From the NCBI GenBank assembly GCA_965205425.1, contig CBDBGZ010000005.1, positions 64,001 to 128,000 on the forward strand: a DNA stretch of 64,000 nucleotides, read 5' to 3'. Below the pieces are notes generated by a model that saw only the letters and a program-made list of their open reading frames with translations, was not told the origin of the DNA and did not search any database. The DNA comes from Nitrosopumilus sp. Lineage in GTDB: Archaea > Thermoproteota > Nitrososphaeria > Nitrososphaerales > Nitrosopumilaceae. Below are positions 57,565 to 64,000 of the stretch, piece after piece. Each line of letters starts with the position of its first letter. Position 1 is the stretch's first letter. The translations under genes were made by a program, and so were the position numbers.

Positions 57565-57768
57565 TCAAAGTTTTATGTTCAATTCTTTGAGATCTTCTTT
57601 CACTTTTTCTCGGAGTTTCTCTTGTTCTGCATTGACTATTTTTAATTCATCATATGCATCTTGAATGTCAATTTCTTCTTCAGGTTCTGAAATATCCACA
57701 TACCTTGGGACATTCAAATTAAATTCGTTTTCCTTTAATTCATCAAAATCTGCAACATGACAGTACCT
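57565..57768 (-). pseudogene. hsdM: 3' remnant of type I R-M methyltransferase
   Basis: own translation ...ELKENEFNLNVPRYVDISEPEEEIDI...; cut by the adjacent IS481 end. Confidence 0.75.
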
Positions 57769-58798
57769 TGTTGTATCCCAAAATCAGTTCGTCCCTTATT
57801 TGACATCGTATTCTTCTCCTGTCTGCTCATCAATAACTCTTGTTCCTTTCTCTGGCATCTTTCTTGCATATGCCTTTGCAGGGGTCTCAAGATTATCCCA
57901 GTCAAGTGACATGTGTGGCTTTATGTGATTGTACCAGTGGACCAGCTCATCAATGGTGCCAAACCATTTCTGCTTTCTCTGAATCTCGCCGTGAAATCTT
58001 TCGAGCTTGCCATTGGTTTGAGGATGGTTCACTCTTGCCATGATATGCTTTATCTCTAATTTTACCAGTTCTTGCTCAAACTGGGATGCTCCTTTTCTCT
58101 TGTATTCTGATTGGTTTGCATAAAACTGGGAGCCATGATCAGTTAGAATTGATGCAGGCCTACCGTGCTTTGCAATTGCCTCATGTAATACTACAAGTGC
58201 GTTATCTGTTGTTGCCTCTGCAAACACTCCATGAGAAACGATAAACCTTGATGCGTCATCCTGGTAGCATAAGAACCATCTGCCATCATCTAGCTTCTTC
58301 CAGTCAGTATGCCACATGGAGTTTGAATATGTCCTTTCATATCGAACCCACTTTCGTCTTCTCCTCTTCTTTGGCTGAGCTTCTGCCAACCCTTCATCTC
58401 TCATAATTTTGTGTATGGTATTGTGAGGTATGTGTGTTCCAGTAGTATCAATTATTTTCTCCAAGAATACTGCAGAACACCTGAACTTTTCAAATGTAGA
58501 CTGGACAGTCTGCACCATCTGCTCTGTGATTATTCCCTTTGGCCTTCCAGACTTGCCTAGGATTGGAACTGCACCAGTACGGCGATACCGTGAGTAGAGT
58601 TTCTGCATCCACCCAACAGATATCTTCATGGATGAGGCAACGTCTGCGTTCTTGGCACCGATCCTCTTTTGACTTGATTATCCAGGATATCTGGATTGGA
58701 TCTAACTTTTGCATAATCTTGTGATTCTTTCCTCTTTTCCAAACGTATCTTGACTTTAGTCTGGAAATAATGGGGTGAACTAATTTGAGGATAATAGA
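57769..58798 (-). mobile_element. second IS481-like element; transposase 57796-58629 with frameshifted 5' end
   Basis: WHTDW, DDASR, TDHGSQF, PQTNGKLER; imperfect 22-bp IRs; no TSD seen. Confidence 0.82.
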
Positions 58799-58840
58799 TA
58801 AAATCATCATTACACAATCAATAAATTATACTAATTACAT

Positions 58841-59984
58841 GAGACTTGGGCATAATGATTTACAAAAATAATTTCCAATATTTCTCTAGCAGCACAACAT
58901 TCTCTTTACAGTTCTTGGATTCTCTGCACCAATTGCACAGTTGTAGTAAACTGTCAACTGATACACAAGAACACAAACCAACACAAATGATTTGACATTG
59001 TGCAATCCCTTTACAGGCAATACTCTGATGTCAAAAATATCTTTGAGATACTCAAATAGAGGTTCAATTGAGACTTTTCTATCTGCATACAGCTCTTGCC
59101 CAATTACAGAATTGTAAAACTCTACGAGTTTTATTCTCTCTGGCGGCGTATGCGGGTATTGTTTTATTGGAGTAATTAGTCTCAGATTTTTCTTGTTGCT
59201 AAATTGATGCAGTGAACCGTTGTCATATGCAGGATCACATAAGATATTCTCGACAAATCCTGCAAGAGATTCAGTTAGTATTTCATACATCTTGCCGTCA
59301 TGAACATTTGCAGTTGAGACATCAGCAGACAATGGAACTATCAGTTTTCCAGTACTGCAACTCATATGCAGTTTGTACCCAAATATCCAACCCTTTAATT
59401 TTGAAAAACCCCATTTTGCATCTGTGTCAATTCCTGAGATTGGAATTCTATTCTTTTTCATATCTGACTTGTGCCATACTGGACCTGCAGCTTTTAGCAT
59501 GGAACTATCCACTGATGCAGATATGTCATCGACTAGTTTCTCTGATACAAACAGACTTTCCATATTACTGATTATATCACCAATTGGCAGAACTTGGAAT
59601 CGTCTGTCAATGGTTCTTCTGTTTGGGATTTGAGCTAGTCTGCAAACCTTGAGCAATTTATCATTGATACCTTTAGTCAAAAGAAAATAATGTAATGTAT
59701 TGTTGCTTGGAATTCTCATCCAAGATTTTATGATGAACAGCTGTACACCATCAGAATTGTAGAGTATACGTACGGTCTACCAGGTTTTCAGCATCTCCTC
59801 ATACAAAGACAACATTCCCACCAAATGTAACACGCCAATAAGAAATGATTCCGATAGAATCTTGCCAGGGATTTTCATTTGTTTTGACATTCCAATGAAC
59901 GAAACATGATAAGATCCTTAGCTTTTTCTATTTGAATAATTTGAGAATTGACTCAAAAATTAGAATTAGTTATGCCCATGTCTC
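58841..59984 (-). mobile_element. DDE insertion sequence (IS5/IS982-like); transposase 58886-59719 with frameshifted 5' part from ~59891
   Basis: IR GAGACTTGGGCATAA / rc GAGACATGGGCATAA; VDSS, FGYKLH, ANVHD, CDPAYD, RKVSIEPLF. Confidence 0.82.
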
Positions 59985-60133
59985 AGTTATACTATCTAAT
60001 GTAACATGCAATCAAAAAATTCTATTACAATTTCTAATAATGTCTACCAGTTTTTATCAACAACACAAGTTAATTTTTTTATGACTAGCAAAAATTGTTT
60101 TGTTTAAAAGAATTTGTCCAAATCAGACATTTA

Positions 60134-60754
60134 TCAAGCAAGTTCTGAGAATCTATTTCCCACATAATCCCAATTAACAACATTCCACCAAGATTCAACA
60201 TAAGCAGGTCTTTTGTTTTGGTATTTCAAATAGTATGCATGTTCCCAAACATCCAACCCAAGTAATGGAAATTTTCCAAGTGTCCAAGGACTAGTTTGGT
60301 TTTCAGTAGTTATAATTTCTATTTTATGATATGTAGAATTAAAAACTAACCAACACCAACCACTACCTTGTATTGTTATTGCTTTTTCAGAAAATATTTT
60401 TTTGAAATTCTCAAAATTGTCAAAATAAACATCAATTTGGTCTGCTATTTGACCAAAAGGTTTTCCATCACCATTTGGAGTCATAGTTTCCCAAAATAAT
60501 CTATGATTTTCAAAACCACCACCAAAAAAATTGATTGCACTTCTTCCAGATTCTGGAATAGATTTTAGATCAGAGAGGACAGATGAAATGTATTGAGGAT
60601 GAGAAGCACTTCCAACATCAGCTAGAGATTTGTTTAATCCATCGACATATGTCTGATGATGTTTTTGATGATGGATTTTCATTGTTTCAGCATCAATGAA
60701 GGGTTCCAGTTCATCATATCCATAAGGAAGTCTCGGAAGTTCGTATAGAACCAT
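60134..60754 (-). CDS. sod: Fe/Mn superoxide dismutase
   Basis: LPYGYDELEP, HHQKHH, NHRLFW, GSGW, DVWEHAYY. Confidence 0.95.
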   Translation of the reverse strand: MVLYELPRLPYGYDELEPFIDAETMKIHHQKHHQTYVDGLNKSLADVGSASHPQYISSVLSDLKSIPESGRSAINFFGGGFENHRLFWETMTPNGDGKPFGQIADQIDVYFDNFENFKKIFSEKAITIQGSGWCWLVFNSTYHKIEIITTENQTSPWTLGKFPLLGLDVWEHAYYLKYQNKRPAYVESWWNVVNWDYVGNRFSELA

Positions 60755-60845
60755 GAGTCAATTCAGGGTAATCCACATATATTCTTCAAGAACTAAAATT
60801 CAATCTAGTGCAAAGAATGATAAATCTTAAGGAAATATTAACAAT

Positions 60846-61460
60846 ATGAGAAAACTAGGAACCATAGATTTAGAAATTTTACATTTAGCAATAAATGAGA
60901 ATGGAACATTTAATGAAACCAATCTCGAAAATTCAAAATTAAAGAGATTAGGGGTTGGCAAAATTTTAGATTCTCTTGCGACATTAAAAGACAGAAAAAT
61001 GATTTCATTGAATAGCAACGGTTCATTCTCAATAACAAATCTAGCAAAAGAAATTTTGTGGAGCGGGAATATTCCAACATGGGCAAAAATATTACGATTA
61101 CTGCAAATCAAATCATGCAATATGGATCAAATTGAAGATATTTTAAAAATTTCAAGAAATGAATTGGTTGAAGAAATTGAAAAATTACGAAAAAATCAAT
61201 TTTTACTAATGTCTCCACAAAGGTTAGAAGATAAACTAGTCAAAGTTTTTGAGATTCTTCCAGAAGGAATTACAAAAATTGACAAGACTGAAACAGATGG
61301 ATTTGGAAATACTGAATTTGGGGAATCAAAACCAGAAATTGAAATTCTAAGCATAATAGATGAAGTCATCAAAGACATTCAAGAATCTAAACTAGAACAA
61401 ACAAAGAAAGAAGTAATCAATAAAAAATTATTCAAATTAAAAGATAAATTAGAAATTTAG
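60846..61460 (+). CDS. tandem winged-helix hypothetical protein
   Basis: two wHTH-like segments. Confidence 0.55.
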   Translation: MRKLGTIDLEILHLAINENGTFNETNLENSKLKRLGVGKILDSLATLKDRKMISLNSNGSFSITNLAKEILWSGNIPTWAKILRLLQIKSCNMDQIEDILKISRNELVEEIEKLRKNQFLLMSPQRLEDKLVKVFEILPEGITKIDKTETDGFGNTEFGESKPEIEILSIIDEVIKDIQESKLEQTKKEVINKKLFKLKDKLEI

Positions 61461-63185
61461 TTATTTAGCGCGAATCTTATCTTGTATTTGTGCCAAAATG
61501 AGTTCAGCCTTATCTTTATTCTCATAGTTTTCTGCAGTTTCGTCCATAATTTCATCAATTTCATAGCTTTTATCTACCAAAATATTTGCAACATGATCAT
61601 CAAGAGTACCATTTCCAATTAGATAATATGCAAATACAGTGTTCTTTTGACCTATTCTGTGCAGTCTATCTTCAGCTTGCCTATGAATTGCAGGGCTCCA
61701 ATCAAGTTCTGCAAAAATTACATATTTCGCCCTAGTCAAATTGATACCAACGTTACCGGCCCTAATTCCTGCAATCATTAATTTTGATTCACCTTTTTGG
61801 AATTTGTCTATTTGATCTTGACGTATGTTATCGGATTGTCCACCAATAATAGATACAGGAGAAAATTCTTGAAGGCTCTCATGAAGTAATTTATGAATCA
61901 CTTTATGATGGCAAAATACAACTACACTTTCTTCAATTTCCATAATATTTTTTACAAAATTAATTACATGCGGAAGTTTTGCAATGCCAGCAATTTGTCT
62001 TTCACTTTGAATTGCCCTGTGATAAGATACAGATTTAGAGAATTCAGTTTCAGCATCTTTTTGTTCTGCTTCAACTTTTTTCCAAATTTTGTCTAATTCT
62101 TCAAGATAATAATCAGTGTCGGCTGCAATTACTTCCTTGTAACGAACTTTGTCTTTTAGTTCTTTTAACACATCAGATTTTTTCCTTCTTAGCATCACAT
62201 GTTTTTGCAATTCATTTCGAAGAGATGCACGTTTGTTTTCTAAAACAATTGCTTTGCCTTTTTCATTAACATAACAAAAGTATTCACAAAATTCCTTAAA
62301 GCTTCCAAGCAACCCAGGTTTAATGATATCTATGATAGGCCATATTTCAGAACCACGATTATAGATTGGAGTTCCTGAAAGTCCTATTCGATATAGAATG
62401 GAAGGAAGTGCTGCCAATTTTTTTATTGCTTTATATTTTTGAGTAGTTTTAGACCTAAGATTATGTACTTCATCACAAACTATTGTTTTTAGTCCTAGTT
62501 TTGACAAGTCATCATTTCTTTTGAAAAGTAATTCATAATTTATTATGTAAATATCAGTTTTAGGAAGTTCTTTAGATTTACCAGTTCTAATTATTGTAAC
62601 ACTTGGGGATTCTGATTCAATAATTCGTCCATTCCTACTTTTCTTCTTTAGGAATTTTTCAATTTCGCGTTCCCAATTGTTTAATGTGACTAGCGGTGCA
62701 ACAACTAGAATTGGAAATGTTTGTTTTTCAGTTGCAGCATAAGATAATGTTTGTACGGTTTTTCCAAGACCCATTTCATCAGCCAATAAAGCATTACCAG
62801 AAGATTTTAACAAAAAATCCAATCCTTCTTTTTGAAAATTCAATAATTTTCCTCTAAACTGATCACCAGTTTTTGCTCGTTTCAATTTTAGTTTGATTGG
62901 GGGCAAAGTAGGTTTTGGAGCATATGTTTTTACAATTTTTCTTTGCCAAGTTGATTTGGATAAAATCTCCAAAGGATACCTATCCATGATTAATTTTAGT
63001 TGTTTTACAGTTTCAGTACTATCAGGAATAATGATTTCATTAACATTTTCACCATACCAAGCCTCTGAGACTAATCTAGAGATCATACTTACGGCACGAT
63101 CACCAGTTACTTTCCAACTCCAGATTTTAGAATATTTATCAAGCACATACTCGAGCGTACCGATATTTTCCATGGATGTTTCCAT
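61461..63185 (-). CDS. SNF2-family (SMARCAL1/HARP-like) helicase
   Basis: LADEMGLGKT, DEVH, LSGTP, QAEDRLHRIGQ. Confidence 0.92.
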   Translation of the reverse strand: METSMENIGTLEYVLDKYSKIWSWKVTGDRAVSMISRLVSEAWYGENVNEIIIPDSTETVKQLKLIMDRYPLEILSKSTWQRKIVKTYAPKPTLPPIKLKLKRAKTGDQFRGKLLNFQKEGLDFLLKSSGNALLADEMGLGKTVQTLSYAATEKQTFPILVVAPLVTLNNWEREIEKFLKKKSRNGRIIESESPSVTIIRTGKSKELPKTDIYIINYELLFKRNDDLSKLGLKTIVCDEVHNLRSKTTQKYKAIKKLAALPSILYRIGLSGTPIYNRGSEIWPIIDIIKPGLLGSFKEFCEYFCYVNEKGKAIVLENKRASLRNELQKHVMLRRKKSDVLKELKDKVRYKEVIAADTDYYLEELDKIWKKVEAEQKDAETEFSKSVSYHRAIQSERQIAGIAKLPHVINFVKNIMEIEESVVVFCHHKVIHKLLHESLQEFSPVSIIGGQSDNIRQDQIDKFQKGESKLMIAGIRAGNVGINLTRAKYVIFAELDWSPAIHRQAEDRLHRIGQKNTVFAYYLIGNGTLDDHVANILVDKSYEIDEIMDETAENYENKDKAELILAQIQDKIRAK

Positions 63186-63579
63186 AATTTGAGGACAGAA
63201 AGTTTTTTTGCCTTATGAATCTTCATGTTTTTTTCGATCATTAAAAAGTATAACAAGAATCTACAAGAGTTAAAATATGATAGTAGTTTCTAGTTTTGGG
63301 TAAAATTTTCGGCATAGATATTTAGGCTCAAAATAGCACAAAATTATCAAGAATAGAAATTTAGAAAAATCAAAAAAATAGGATTAATCATAAAAGGATC
63401 TAAAAAATAATTAATACAAAATTTAAAAAACCATTTTTAATTTTTATTTGATAAAAAATTGAGAAAACAAAAATGAATTCATAGTTAATTTAATTTTAAA
63501 ATATTAGAAAATATAGATCAAAAAAATAACCAATGAATTTTCAATATACGTTTAAAGTTCATTAGAGTTTAGAACCAAT

Positions 63580-64000
63580 ATGGAATTTATTCAAAATGAA
63601 GAACCAAGTGTAGAAAAACCAATTATGATTGCAGCAATGCAAGATATAGGAAATGTTGGAAGTATAGTAGTAAATTTCATTAATGAATCACTTAGAACTA
63701 AAACATTCAGAACCGCAAAGACACAATTTCCAACATACATAGTTGATAGAGGTGGGTACATTGATCTTCCAGATGAAAATTGGGAATACAAATACACAGA
63801 TGATTTAATTGTATTTGGAGGAGGAAAAGGGCAACCTCAAAGTAATAATGACCTAAACGAGTTATGTCAAGATGTTATCAAGACTGCAAGAAAATACTCT
63901 GTAAAATTTATCTACACATTAGGAGGATTCCATACCAATCGAATAATTGATGATAAACCAAAAACATACATCACCACAACATCCAAAGAATTAACAAAAC
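63580..64000 (+). CDS. PAC2-family proteasome assembly chaperone (runs off window end)
   Basis: own translation MEFIQNEEPSVEKPIMIAAMQDIGNVGSIV...GQPQ...IYTLGGF. Confidence 0.75.
   Translation, partial: MEFIQNEEPSVEKPIMIAAMQDIGNVGSIVVNFINESLRTKTFRTAKTQFPTYIVDRGGYIDLPDENWEYKYTDDLIVFGGGKGQPQSNNDLNELCQDVIKTARKYSVKFIYTLGGFHTNRIIDDKPKTYITTTSKELTK

Noticed and set aside
63190..63575. long AT-rich intergenic region as possible origin or ncRNA
   Set aside because: no ORB-like repeats, no cdc6 neighbour and no GC-rich stems; consistent with divergent promoters

Overview
AT-rich archaeal chromosome segment whose gene content points to a Nitrosopumilus-like ammonia-oxidising archaeon (Nitrososphaerota/Thaumarchaeota). 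It carries EF-2, TFB, YchF, BirA, futalosine-pathway MqnD/MqnE, SOD, a SNF2 helicase and a class III PHA cluster. The main discovery is a compact element of about 13 kb (~16.1-29.1 kb, almost entirely minus strand) that reads as an integrated tailless, membrane-containing icosahedral provirus. It encodes a double-jelly-roll major capsid protein resembling that of STIV (Turriviridae), an A32/FtsK-HerA-type packaging ATPase, paralogous vertex/spike proteins (one with a collagen-like repeat), a very basic DNA-packaging candidate, many small membrane and Zn-finger proteins and a wHTH-fused tyrosine recombinase. No replication enzyme and no att repeats are recognisable, and each end truncates a different host gene. 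The window also holds eight IS copies of five types (3x IS5-like, 2x IS630, 2 different IS481-like, 1 further DDE element), one nested inside another. A decayed island at 52.1-60.0 kb carries type I restriction-modification remnants. All family assignments come from motif reading and recall; no database search was run.
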